The position numbers and the translations under genes were made by a program. Below the pieces are notes generated by a model. The model was not told where the DNA came from and made no database searches. It saw only the letters and a list, made by a program, of their open reading frames with translations. Positions 28,654-37,793 of a stretch of DNA of 63,970 nt are shown here, piece by piece. Every line of letters starts with the position of its first letter. The first letter of the stretch is position 1. This DNA is from Acidobacteriota bacterium (GTDB taxonomy: Bacteria > Acidobacteriota > Thermoanaerobaculia > Thermoanaerobaculales > Sulfomarinibacteraceae): assembly GCA_024641545.1 (NCBI GenBank), contig JAHECW010000007.1, positions 1 through 63,970 of the forward strand, written 5' to 3'.

Positions 28654-30276
28654 ATGACCCGCCATCGATTCGTCGACACGACCGCTCTCGTGCTTGCCGC
28701 GGCACTCGGCATCGCTGGCGGCGTCCGCGCTGACCAGCCCTCCCCCATCCCTCTCGAGACGCCCGATGATCTCTACCTCGAGGTCGATCCGTCATCGCTG
28801 GCAACCGAGCCCTCGACGCGAGCGATGCGGGGCAGCCGGGTCAGCGTTCAGGTCAACGTCGACCGCAACGGTTTCAACATCGTCGGTGATGCGGCCAACG
28901 AACCCTCCATGGCGGTTGACCCGACCAACCCCAACCGCCTTGCCATCGGCTGGCGCCAGTTCGACACCATCAGCTCCAACTTCCGCCAGGCCGGCTGGGG
29001 ATTCAGCACCGACGGCGGACGCAGTTGGACCTTTCCCGGCGTGCTCGAGCGCGGCGTCTTCCGTTCCGACCCGGTGCTCGATTTCGACGACGCCGGGCGG
29101 TTCTACTACAACAGCCTTCGGGCAGAGGCCTCCGACTTCTGGTGCGAGGTCTACGCCTCCGAAACCGGCGGCTTCTCGTGGCACGAGCCGGTCTTCGCCC
29201 ACGGCGGCGACAAGCAGTGGATGAGCGTCGATCGGACGGGCGGCATCGGCGACGGCAATATCTACAGCCATTGGACCTCCTACTGGGGGGCGACCGGCGA
29301 CAACGCCTTCAACCGTTCCACCGACCACGGAGCCACCTTCGACTATCCAGCCGTGATGCCGGGCTCTCCCTACTGGGGCACGACAACCGTGGGGCCCGAC
29401 GGCACGGTCTATGTCGTCGGTCTCGCCCAGACCGGACCGCTGCCCATCGTCGTCGCCTGGTCGACCACGGCCGAGGACCCGATGACCCCCCTCGCCATGG
29501 AGGGCTCGTCGTATCTCGATCTCGGCGGCCTCCCGGCATCGTTCATCCCCGACAGCCCGAACCCCGAGGGCCTGCTCGGGCAGATCTGGGTCGCCGCCGA
29601 TCACTCGGGCGGCCCGAACCACGGCAACATCTACGTCGTCGGCTCGGTGGATCCACCGGGCCCGGACCCCCTCGACCTCCATTTCATCCGCTCCACCGAC
29701 GGCGGTCAGACCTGGGAAACACCGGTCACCATCAACGATGACCCCGCCGGCGGCAACGCCTGGCAGTGGTTCGGCACCATGTCGGTGGCGCCCGACGGCC
29801 GCATCGACGTGATCTGGAACGATACCCGGAACGACCCGTCGGGTTATGACTCCGAGCTCCACTACTCCTTTTCCTTGGATGGCGGTCAGACCTGGTCGGC
29901 GAACGAAGCGCTCTCACCCGCCTTCGACCCGCACCTCGGCTGGCCCAACCAGAACAAGATGGGCGACTACTACGAGATGGTATCCGACCGCACCGGCGCC
30001 GACATCGCGTGGGCGGCGACCTTCAACGGCGGACAGGATGTTTACTACCTGAGAATTGGGGACCGCGACTGCAACGGAAATTCCATCGGCGATTCGATCG
30101 AACCGGACACCGACCACGACGGGATCATCGATGACTGCGACAACTGCCCGGCGACCGCCAACCCCCGGCAGACCGACAGCGACAACAACGGGACCGGTAA
30201 CGCCTGCGACAGCCTCATCTTCGGCGACGGCCTGGAATGGGGCAGCGACGCGGCGTGGAGGGCGGTGGCGCCCTAG
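28654..30276 (+). CDS. Secreted BNR/Asp-box (sialidase-fold) protein with TSP3-like Ca-binding repeats
   Basis: Repeated STDGGxSW/TW boxes; DTDHDGIIDDCDNCP..QTDSDNNGTGNACD; tail IFGDGLEWGSDAAWRAVAP; GGAGG RBS before ATG 28654. Confidence 0.85.
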   Translation: MTRHRFVDTTALVLAAALGIAGGVRADQPSPIPLETPDDLYLEVDPSSLATEPSTRAMRGSRVSVQVNVDRNGFNIVGDAANEPSMAVDPTNPNRLAIGWRQFDTISSNFRQAGWGFSTDGGRSWTFPGVLERGVFRSDPVLDFDDAGRFYYNSLRAEASDFWCEVYASETGGFSWHEPVFAHGGDKQWMSVDRTGGIGDGNIYSHWTSYWGATGDNAFNRSTDHGATFDYPAVMPGSPYWGTTTVGPDGTVYVVGLAQTGPLPIVVAWSTTAEDPMTPLAMEGSSYLDLGGLPASFIPDSPNPEGLLGQIWVAADHSGGPNHGNIYVVGSVDPPGPDPLDLHFIRSTDGGQTWETPVTINDDPAGGNAWQWFGTMSVAPDGRIDVIWNDTRNDPSGYDSELHYSFSLDGGQTWSANEALSPAFDPHLGWPNQNKMGDYYEMVSDRTGADIAWAATFNGGQDVYYLRIGDRDCNGNSIGDSIEPDTDHDGIIDDCDNCPATANPRQTDSDNNGTGNACDSLIFGDGLEWGSDAAWRAVAP

Positions 30277-30288
30277 GGGCGAAGTCCG

Positions 30289-30331
30289 CGGCAGGGGCGG
30301 CGGCAGCGGCAGGGGCAGCGGCAGGAGCAGC
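30289..30331. repeat. Hexamer tract (GGCAGG/GGCAGC)
   Basis: GGCAGGGGCGGCGGCAGCGGCAGGGGCAGCGGCAGGAGCAGC just after the stop codon. Confidence 0.75.
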
Positions 30332-30576
30332 GCGCCGAGCACGCGGGAACAAACGCTCACCGGGGGGTGCCGGGTTTGACAATGTGCCCCAGTAGCCTAC
30401 CGGCTCCGTGCCCCGTCCCGCACAATGTCATACTGGGCAACCCTCGCGGCACAACCTCCCGGTGCATCTCTCCCGGCCGCGAAACAGGCCGCCGGCGCGC
30501 GATCAGCGTGGTCGCAGTCCTTCCCGTTCTGCTCTCCGACCACGCTGATCGCGCGACGCTGGGACGCCGAAGGCGG

Positions 30577-30708
30577 ACCGGAAGGCCGGAGCTGAAGGAA
30601 CCGCTTGCGCCGCCCGCGCCCGTGCCCGATGGTGCCAAAACACTACGGCATCCTGCGGGCGGGACGCCCGCACCACAATGGGCGGCCCGGAATGCCGGAA
30701 CTGAAGGA
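30577..30708. repeat. REP-containing repeat module shared with 15594-15740
   Basis: Hairpin TGCGGGCGGGACGCCCGCACCACAA (30654-30678) inside a 50-bp identity to 15656-15705; flanked by CCGGAAGGCCGGAGCTGAAGG-like units. Confidence 0.88.
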
Positions 30709-30737
30709 AACGCGGTCTCATCACCTACAATAAGGGC

Positions 30738-33374
30738 GTGCGGATCATCACGACCCATCTTTCCGCCGATTTTGACGCGTTCGCTGCGGCGGTGTGTGCG
30801 GTTCGGCTCTATCCCGACCACAGGGTGCTTTTCCCCGGCTCGCACGAGGCCGCGGTCCGGCGCTTCATCTCCGACACCGGCTTCCCCTTCCCCGAGCTCA
30901 AGCTCCGCCGCGCCCGCCGCGAAACCATCGAGCATGCCGTGGTGGTCGACACCTCGACCCAATCCCGCCTCGGCGAGGTCTGGGACCTCATCCGGCGCGA
31001 CAACTGCCCCATCGATCTCATCGATCACCACTCAGAGGAACGCATGGGCGCCATTGGCGCCGACACCACCATTTTCCGCCCGGTGGGCGCAACCTGCACC
31101 ATCATCGCGGGGCTCTTCGCCGACCGGGGCATCGAGCCCACCGAGGAGGAAGCCTCGCTGCTGATGATGGGCATCTACGAGGACACCGGCGGGCTTTCCT
31201 ACCGTGAAACGACGGCTGAGGATCTCCGCGTGGTCGCGCGCCTCGTCGAGTTCGGCGGGTCGCTGGCCTGGGTCCGCCGCTGGGTCCTCAAGGGTCTCCA
31301 GCCCGAACAGCTCTCGCTGCTCAACCGCATCGTCGAAGCGGCGGAAGAGTTTTCCATCAACGACATCCCCGTCTCCCTCGCCATGGTCGAGGTCGATCGC
31401 TACCACGAAGAGGCGGCGTACGTCGTCCACCGCTGGGTCGAGACCTTCGAGCTCCCGGTCGGGATCGTGATGCTCGTCCAGCCCCCCAATATCAATCTCA
31501 TCCTCCGCGCCCGCATCCAGGGTCTCCACCTGGGCGAGGTGGCGCAGCAGTTCGGCGGCGGCGGGCACGCCACCGCCGCGTCCGCTCGGGTTGCGGATCG
31601 CATGCCGGTCGAACTTCGCGAAGCGCTCATCCTCGCCCTCACCGAGGCCCTCCCTCCCCCTGCCACCGCCATCGACGTGGCCAATCGGCACATTTTTTCC
31701 GTCAATGCCGATGACGATGTCGAGACCAGCAAAGAGAGGATGAACCAGCTTCGACTCAACGCCATGCCGGTCAAAGGGGCCGACGGCAAGCTGACCGGCA
31801 TGGTCACCCGCCAGATCCTCGACCGGGCACTCGGCCACGGGATGGCGGCGCGGCCGGTCCGGTCCATCATGCAGCCGGATCTGCCCGTCGTCGCGGCATC
31901 GGCCTCGCTCGGCGATCTGCGCGATCTCTTCCTCGAACGCTCGTACCGATTCGTCGTGGTCGAAGATGCCGACCGGGCGGTCGGCATCGTCACCCGAATG
32001 GAGCTTTTTCGCCGCTTCTTCGAACGCCAGCACGCAGCCGGATCGGTCCTCGATCACCGGATGGCCGGCGCACGACCCGTCAGCCAGTCGATCTCCCGCC
32101 TCCTGCGGGAAAAGACCGCCCCCTGGGTGCGCGAGCTTCTCGGCACGGCCAAGGCCGTGGCGGACACCGTCGGCATCGCCGTCTACCTGGTCGGCGGCAT
32201 GGTCAGAGACCTCCTCCTGGGTCGGCAGAACGAGGATGTCGACCTCGTCGTCGAGGGATCCGGCATCGACTTCGCTTATGCCCTTGCGGCCTATGTCGGC
32301 GGACGGTGCCACCCGCACACACCTTTCCTGACCGCGGTCGTCACGCTCCCGGACGGCCATCGAGTCGACATCGCCTCGGCTCGAACCGAGTTCTACCGGA
32401 CCCCGGCCGCGCTGCCCGAAGTGGAGACTTCGCTCATCCGTCAGGATCTCTATCGCCGCGATTTCACCATCAACTCCCTCGCGGTCGCGCTGCACGGGGA
32501 GAAACACGGCGAGCTGGTGGACTTCTTCGGCGGCAGGATGGATCTCCAGCGCCGCGAGATCCGGGCCCTGCACTCGCTGTCGTTCATCGACGACCCGACC
32601 CGCGCCATCCGCGCCGTGCGGTATGCCCGCCGGCTCGATTTCACCATCGCCCCGGATACCCGATATCTGATCACGACCGCGGTCGGGGAGGGGGTCTTCG
32701 AGCGCCTTTCCGGACAACGGCTGCGCCGGGAGCTCGAAACCCTCCTCGCCGAAGATCACGCGACCTTTGCCATCGAGTTGCTCGCCGACCTCGGTCTGCT
32801 GCCGGCCATCTGCGAAGGACTGATCTGGTCGGCAGGCGTCCGCGCGACGCTCTTGGAAGTCGAGAGTCAACTCGGCTGGTTCGAGCTCGAGGAACTCGGA
32901 CCACCGCCCGAACCGTGGCTCCTCTTTCTCGGCGGTCTCGCCATCCAGGCGGGCGATGGTGTCACTCGCCGGATGGCCGATCGCCTTCTGCTCACGGGAG
33001 ACCACCGTCGAAGGATGCTCGACCTCGAACGTGGGGTGGCGGAGGTCCGGCAGGCAGGCGATTCATCGCTTCGACGATCGTCCCGGGTCCGGGCGGTGGA
33101 GCAACAGCACTCGGAGGTGATCCTCCTCGCCATGGCGGGAATCGATCTCGCCGCGCGGCGGAGGCTCGCGGACGCCGTCGCGGCATCGGTCCGCGTCCGA
33201 CCCCAGGTCAGGGGTCGGCAACTCATCGATGCCGGGGTCGAGCCCGGTCCGTGGGTGGGTCGGGCACTGCTTCAGACCCGAGACGCCATCGTGGATGGCG
33301 AGATCAACGCGGATCGATCCTTCGATTTCGCACGGGCCTCGGCCGCGAGGTACCAGGAGGAGGGGTCGGAATGA
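30738..33374 (+). CDS. cca: tRNA nucleotidyltransferase with DHH/DHHA1 and CBS domains
   Basis: THLSADFDA, IDHH, GGGGHATAASA, two CBS domains, YLVGGMVRDLLL..DVDLVVEG, DLYRRDFTINSLA, SFIDDPTRAIRAVRY. Confidence 0.92.
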   Translation: MRIITTHLSADFDAFAAAVCAVRLYPDHRVLFPGSHEAAVRRFISDTGFPFPELKLRRARRETIEHAVVVDTSTQSRLGEVWDLIRRDNCPIDLIDHHSEERMGAIGADTTIFRPVGATCTIIAGLFADRGIEPTEEEASLLMMGIYEDTGGLSYRETTAEDLRVVARLVEFGGSLAWVRRWVLKGLQPEQLSLLNRIVEAAEEFSINDIPVSLAMVEVDRYHEEAAYVVHRWVETFELPVGIVMLVQPPNINLILRARIQGLHLGEVAQQFGGGGHATAASARVADRMPVELREALILALTEALPPPATAIDVANRHIFSVNADDDVETSKERMNQLRLNAMPVKGADGKLTGMVTRQILDRALGHGMAARPVRSIMQPDLPVVAASASLGDLRDLFLERSYRFVVVEDADRAVGIVTRMELFRRFFERQHAAGSVLDHRMAGARPVSQSISRLLREKTAPWVRELLGTAKAVADTVGIAVYLVGGMVRDLLLGRQNEDVDLVVEGSGIDFAYALAAYVGGRCHPHTPFLTAVVTLPDGHRVDIASARTEFYRTPAALPEVETSLIRQDLYRRDFTINSLAVALHGEKHGELVDFFGGRMDLQRREIRALHSLSFIDDPTRAIRAVRYARRLDFTIAPDTRYLITTAVGEGVFERLSGQRLRRELETLLAEDHATFAIELLADLGLLPAICEGLIWSAGVRATLLEVESQLGWFELEELGPPPEPWLLFLGGLAIQAGDGVTRRMADRLLLTGDHRRRMLDLERGVAEVRQAGDSSLRRSSRVRAVEQQHSEVILLAMAGIDLAARRRLADAVAASVRVRPQVRGRQLIDAGVEPGPWVGRALLQTRDAIVDGEINADRSFDFARASAARYQEEGSE

Positions 33375-34009
33375 AATGCCGGATCGGCGCCGTGACCGCA
33401 GCGTGGCTGCTGGTCGCGTTGCTCTCGGCAACGGCCCAGGCGCCGATGCCGGTCGTTGAGAGGATCACCGACCATCGCGGCCGAATCACCCGCGTCACCC
33501 TTTTTTCCAACCACGTGGTCATCGTGTCGATCCGATCCGACGACGACAATTTCATCCACCAGGCGACCCTGAACTTCGACGAGTACATGGTCTACCTCCA
33601 GGCCTTCGAGAAATGCGCCCGGGAAATCGGCAACGAGCCGGTCACCTCCGATGTGGAAAGCCGGGACAGCTCCACGAAGGTCGTCCTCCACGTCGGTCCG
33701 GACCCGCCGCGGATCATCGAGTACTCACCGCTGGCTTCCCTCGACCTCCCGACCGGCAAGATCGCCTCGATGATCGACGACATCCAGAATCGGGCCCTCG
33801 CCGCCCTCCCGGGCGAGTTCGAGATCAACCAGTGGAGGCCCGCCATCGGCGACCGGGTCGAACTTCGCCAGGGCGGTCAGGCCTCGGTCACGGCAATCGA
33901 CGATGACGGCACCATTCTCCTGAGCCAGGTCGACGGCCCGGTGTCGTACACCGTCGCCAAGGACAGCCGCGTCAATGTCGTTCTCAGGGTCATCGAGCCC
34001 GCGCCATGA
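33371..34009 (+). CDS. Secreted hypothetical protein (212 aa)
   Basis: ATGA overlaps at both ends; signal peptide MKCRIGAVTAAWLLVALLSATAQA. The true start lies inside the track ORF 32306..34009. Confidence 0.8.
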   Translation: MKCRIGAVTAAWLLVALLSATAQAPMPVVERITDHRGRITRVTLFSNHVVIVSIRSDDDNFIHQATLNFDEYMVYLQAFEKCAREIGNEPVTSDVESRDSSTKVVLHVGPDPPRIIEYSPLASLDLPTGKIASMIDDIQNRALAALPGEFEINQWRPAIGDRVELRQGGQASVTAIDDDGTILLSQVDGPVSYTVAKDSRVNVVLRVIEPAP

Positions 34010-34569
34010 GGGTGACGGGCGGCGCATGGCGATCGCGGCGGATCCGGGGGCCATCCAAGGGCCAGAGGCTCCGGCCGACGCCCGATTCCATGCGCGAACG
34101 CGGTTTTGCCGTCCTCGGCGACACCGTCGTCGGCGCTCGGGTGCTCGATCTTTTTGCCGGCACCGGCGCGGTGGGGATTGAAGCCCTCTCGCGGGGGGCG
34201 GCCACGGCGGTCTTTGTCGACGCCCACCGGAGCGCCGCAACGCTGATCAGGGCGAACCTGGAATCGCTCGGGGTCGGGCGTGATCGCGGCCTGGTGATGA
34301 ACCGGCAGGCAGCACGAGCAGTCGTCGAGCTCGAGCAGCGCGGCCGGATCTTCGATCTCGTGTGGGCCGATCCCCCCTTCGAGAAGTGGCCCGATGGCCT
34401 TGAATCCCTGGTCGCGGCGGTGGCCGCCGGGATCACCACCGGCGACGCGGTTCTGTGCCTCGAATGTCCCGCCAAAGCCGATGTCGCTGCGGTCCTCCCC
34501 GACGGCCTCTCGATCGAACGAGATCTCGCGGGCGGTGCCTCGAGAGTGGTCATCCTGCGCAGGCGGTAG
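34006..34569 (+). CDS. rsmD: 16S rRNA (guanine966-N2) methyltransferase
   Basis: MRVTGG..LRPTPDSMRE..VLDLFAGTGAVGIEALSRGA..FDLVWADPPF. Confidence 0.93.
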   Translation: MRVTGGAWRSRRIRGPSKGQRLRPTPDSMRERGFAVLGDTVVGARVLDLFAGTGAVGIEALSRGAATAVFVDAHRSAATLIRANLESLGVGRDRGLVMNRQAARAVVELEQRGRIFDLVWADPPFEKWPDGLESLVAAVAAGITTGDAVLCLECPAKADVAAVLPDGLSIERDLAGGASRVVILRRR

Positions 34570-34604
34570 ATCATCGATGCCGGATTCACGCCGTTGGAGA
34601 TCCG

Positions 34605-34669
34605 TTTTTGCCCCCGGCCGCACTACAACCGGGGGCAAAAAAGAACCGCGGGACCCTTGGGTCCCGCGG
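34605..34669. terminator. Bidirectional terminator plus a second hairpin between convergent genes
   Basis: TTTTTGCCCCCGG-N11-CCGGGGGCAAAAA, then CCGCGGGACCC-TT-GGGTCCCGCGG. Confidence 0.8.
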
Positions 34670-34714
34670 ACATAGGACGTCGGTCCGCTCGGAGGGCGAG
34701 ACGCGGTGCCGGCG

Positions 34715-35122
34715 TCACACTGTGTACAAAGATCCCGAAATCACGGCTCCCTGGGTTACGGCAACGGGTCCTTCCTGAACCTGGTCGTTGGCGCAGCAGT
34801 TGCAGATCAGCTGTCTGAGGGTGGTCATCCGATCCTGGTCGAGATCGACGAACTCGAGGCCTGAACGGTAGGCCACCTTGCATCCGGTATCGGTCTTGGT
34901 GAGTTGGGCGCGGCAGCGGCGGACTTCCGCCTTCAAGACGAAGTCACTGCCGAAGGAGGAGACCCTGAGTTCGCAGAGGGTTGCGGGGGGGAGCCCGAGC
35001 CGGGTTTCAACCTGGACGCCGCCTTCGGAGATATCGACGACTCTGAAATCCATGGTCGACTTCACTTTTCCGGTGATGTCGTAGTTCGGTTGGTGCCTCG
35101 GATGGCGGCGGCGTTCTTCCAT
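34715..35122 (-). CDS. Single-domain PilZ protein
   Basis: ERRRHPR (RxxxR) and DISEGG (D/NxSxxG) c-di-GMP motifs; GLEF; GGAGG RBS before ATG 35122. Confidence 0.88.
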   Translation of the reverse strand: MEERRRHPRHQPNYDITGKVKSTMDFRVVDISEGGVQVETRLGLPPATLCELRVSSFGSDFVLKAEVRRCRAQLTKTDTGCKVAYRSGLEFVDLDQDRMTTLRQLICNCCANDQVQEGPVAVTQGAVISGSLYTV

Positions 35123-35145
35123 GTCAGCCTCCATGCCAGTCCAAT

Positions 35146-35161
35146 AGCAAGGATGGTGCCA
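35146..35161 (-). promoter_or_regulatory. Sigma54 promoter of the PilZ gene
   Basis: Minus strand TGGCACCATCCTTGCT matches TGGCAC-N5-TTGCW, about 24 nt upstream of the start. Confidence 0.8.
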
Positions 35162-35320
35162 GCTTTCCCATCGCCGCGGCTGATCATCGGGAGGCGCCGG
35201 CTGTCCGATCCTGGTACACGCCGTCTCAGTACGTTTCACCTGGCGCGGGCGGGGGGCAGCCGGGCGAGCCCCAACCCTGCAACACCGCCGAACGCAACTC
35301 ACTCACACGACTGAAATTAC

Positions 35321-35353
35321 AAAAAGACCCGAGGGGCGCCGACCCTTCGGGTC
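35321..35353 (-). terminator. Rho-independent terminator
   Basis: Minus strand GACCCGAAGGG..CCCCTCGGGTC-TTTTT downstream of the serine protease. Confidence 0.75.
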
Positions 35354-35378
35354 AGGTTGAAACGGGGGTTGTGCCGGA

Positions 35379-36668
35379 TCAGGGGACGGCCGAACTCCAG
35401 GCGCCGGTGGTGCCGGACTCGAACCCATCGGAAAAGATGTCGTTGGTATTGGCGATCGCGCTCGGAGGCAGGTTCGACCCGAGATCGGCAATCACCTGCT
35501 CGATGAGCACGCCGGTGTTGATGCTCGTGCTGCCGCAGTGGTGAAGCGCAATGATCTGCTGGTCGTCATAGGACACCACCGGCGAGCCCGAGGAGCCTCC
35601 CTGCGTGTCGGCGCGGTAGCCCATGTCCGGTCCGGGTCGCGAGCCGCAGCCGCCGTAGTTTTTTGAAACAACAAACGGCCAACCGTCCGGGTCCAACCCT
35701 TCGGAGCTGAAAACGGCGATCCGCTTGCCCCAGCCGGAGGGGTGCTGGGGAATGTAGAGCCGCTCTCCGATCACCCCACCGGTCGGCCGCAAGGTGAAGA
35801 AGCCGTAGGTCGACGATGGGTTGACCGACAGCTGGACGAGGGCGTAGTCATAGTCGTAGGAGGTCTGGATCAGAGTTCCGGACGTGGTGACGATGGTCCC
35901 CGGACATTGCAACTGCCAGCAGTTGGTCGAGCAGTCGGCGCCCTCGGCCATGAACTCGTAGTTGGTGTTGCTCGCCGCCCCCTGGGTGCTGATGCAGTGG
36001 TTGTTGGTCAACATGTGGCCGTCGTTCCCCACCAACCAGCCGGTGCAGAGCGAGGATCCGTTGATGAGGAGCCTCGCCACCGCTCTGCTCTTGTCATAGA
36101 CGTTCGGCTCAGAAACCTCGTAGCACGGCGCCCACTCGGAGTCGTCCGCCCCGATGATGGCCTCCGGAGCGCTGCCTGCACCCGTTTCCCCGGGCGTGAA
36201 CCCACGGGCAAATCGGTCGATGACGTAGCCGAACCCCCCGCTCCCACCGGCTGCCCAGAGCTCGACAACGGCCGTGTCGCCGGCGATGTGGATGCCCCAG
36301 AAACCGTCGTCGTCGAGACCGAGGTCGTCGACGCCGTACCTCTCGTAGCGCCACGATCTCGATCCATCCGGCGACCGCACCACGACGAAGTCCCCCTCGC
36401 CGAGTTCGAGGCGACCGAAGTGCGGGCAGATGTACGACGCATTCGGATAGTGGATGACGTCGGACCACACCAATTGCGCCGCCCCGATATCGCTGCTCCC
36501 CAGGTACGGGTTGGGCGAGGCATAGCTCTCGTGGATGTCTTCACCGACAATCTCCACGGTCGGCGCCGGTTGGCTCGCGTCCGCCGGTCTGGTGGCGGCT
36601 GCGGCGGCCGGACCCGCGGCGGTCAACAAGAATGTCAATACGAATACGACCAGGATTGCACGGTACAT
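35379..36668 (-). CDS. Secreted trypsin-like (S1) serine protease with N-terminal pro-domain
   Basis: Signal peptide; CTGWLV..LTNNHCI, DYDYALV, DTQGGSSGSPV; tail IFSDGFESGTTGAWSSAVP. Confidence 0.92.
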   Translation of the reverse strand: MYRAILVVFVLTFLLTAAGPAAAAATRPADASQPAPTVEIVGEDIHESYASPNPYLGSSDIGAAQLVWSDVIHYPNASYICPHFGRLELGEGDFVVVRSPDGSRSWRYERYGVDDLGLDDDGFWGIHIAGDTAVVELWAAGGSGGFGYVIDRFARGFTPGETGAGSAPEAIIGADDSEWAPCYEVSEPNVYDKSRAVARLLINGSSLCTGWLVGNDGHMLTNNHCISTQGAASNTNYEFMAEGADCSTNCWQLQCPGTIVTTSGTLIQTSYDYDYALVQLSVNPSSTYGFFTLRPTGGVIGERLYIPQHPSGWGKRIAVFSSEGLDPDGWPFVVSKNYGGCGSRPGPDMGYRADTQGGSSGSPVVSYDDQQIIALHHCGSTSINTGVLIEQVIADLGSNLPPSAIANTNDIFSDGFESGTTGAWSSAVP

Positions 36669-36918
36669 GGACTTCTCCTCCCGCCACGCCCCCGGCCGGC
36701 GATCGGCTGCCGCCGGGTTTTGGTTGATCTACGGCTGACGCCCGCGCCGGGCCGGACGACGGCGACCGCTGAACCCGAGCCTCACTGTAATCGAGAACCC
36801 GGAAGAAAACCAACTCGGCCCCCCCGGGCGAAGTGCCGGGCGGCGCTGCATCGTGACCGGACCCGCCCGGGTCGTGTATCATCCCTGACGGTCCCCGAGC
36901 GGGGCACAAAGGAGAGAC

Positions 36919-37335
36919 ATGAACAACCGCACCTTTACCATCATCAAACCGGACTCGGTTGAAAACGGCAACGTCGGCAAGATCATCGCCCATCTCGAAG
37001 GCGAGGGGTTTCGCATCGTCGCCGGCCGGATGACCCGTCTCAGCACGGATCAGGCTCGAGCCTTTTACGCGGTCCACTCCAAACGACCCTTCTACAACGA
37101 TCTCGTCGCCTACATGACCTCCGGACCGGTGTGGGTCATGTCGTTGGAGCGCGACAACGCCGTGCCCCACCTTCGAAAGACCATGGGCGCGACCAATCCC
37201 GCCGAGGCCGACCAGGGAACGGTCCGCGCTCTCTACGGAGAGTCCATCGAGCGCAACGCGATCCACGGCTCGGATTCGGACGAGAACGCCGCCATCGAGA
37301 ATGCGTTCTTTTTCGCCGCGAGCGAGTTGATTTGA
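36919..37335 (+). CDS. ndk: Nucleoside diphosphate kinase
   Basis: RTFTIIKPD, MGATNP, GTVRA, NAIHGSDS. Confidence 0.98.
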   Translation: MNNRTFTIIKPDSVENGNVGKIIAHLEGEGFRIVAGRMTRLSTDQARAFYAVHSKRPFYNDLVAYMTSGPVWVMSLERDNAVPHLRKTMGATNPAEADQGTVRALYGESIERNAIHGSDSDENAAIENAFFFAASELI

Positions 37336-37793
37336 CCGACGGCGCCGCACCGGTCCGGGTTTCCTGGGAACGCTATTTCATGAATCTGGCGATCCAGGCG
37401 GCGACACGATCGACCTGTCCGCGCAAGCACGTCGGAGCGGTGATCGTGCGCGACAAAACGGTTCTTTCCACGGGCTACAACGGTTCCATCCGCGGTGCAC
37501 CACACTGCACCGAGGTCGGTTGTCTGATGGAGAACGACCACTGTGTCCGAACGGTCCACGCCGAAGCCAACGCATTGGTCCAGGCCGCACACAACGGAGT
37601 TCGTCTCGAAGGCGCCGAAATCTACGTCACCGCCTCGCCGTGTTTCAACTGTTTCAAGCTCATCGTCAACGCGGGGATCAGAACGGTTCTTTACGGTGAG
37701 TTCTACCGAGACGACAAGGTCCTGCGGTTCGCCGAAGAACTCGGGACCACAATGGTGCACCTGGGTCTCGTGGAAAGACCCCCGGCGCCATGA
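37332..37793 (+). CDS. dCMP deaminase / ComEB-family deaminase
   Basis: SWERYFM..RSTCPRKHVGAVIV..GYNG..HAEANA..PCFNC; probable TTG start overlapping the ndk stop. Confidence 0.92.
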   Translation: MTDGAAPVRVSWERYFMNLAIQAATRSTCPRKHVGAVIVRDKTVLSTGYNGSIRGAPHCTEVGCLMENDHCVRTVHAEANALVQAAHNGVRLEGAEIYVTASPCFNCFKLIVNAGIRTVLYGEFYRDDKVLRFAEELGTTMVHLGLVERPPAP

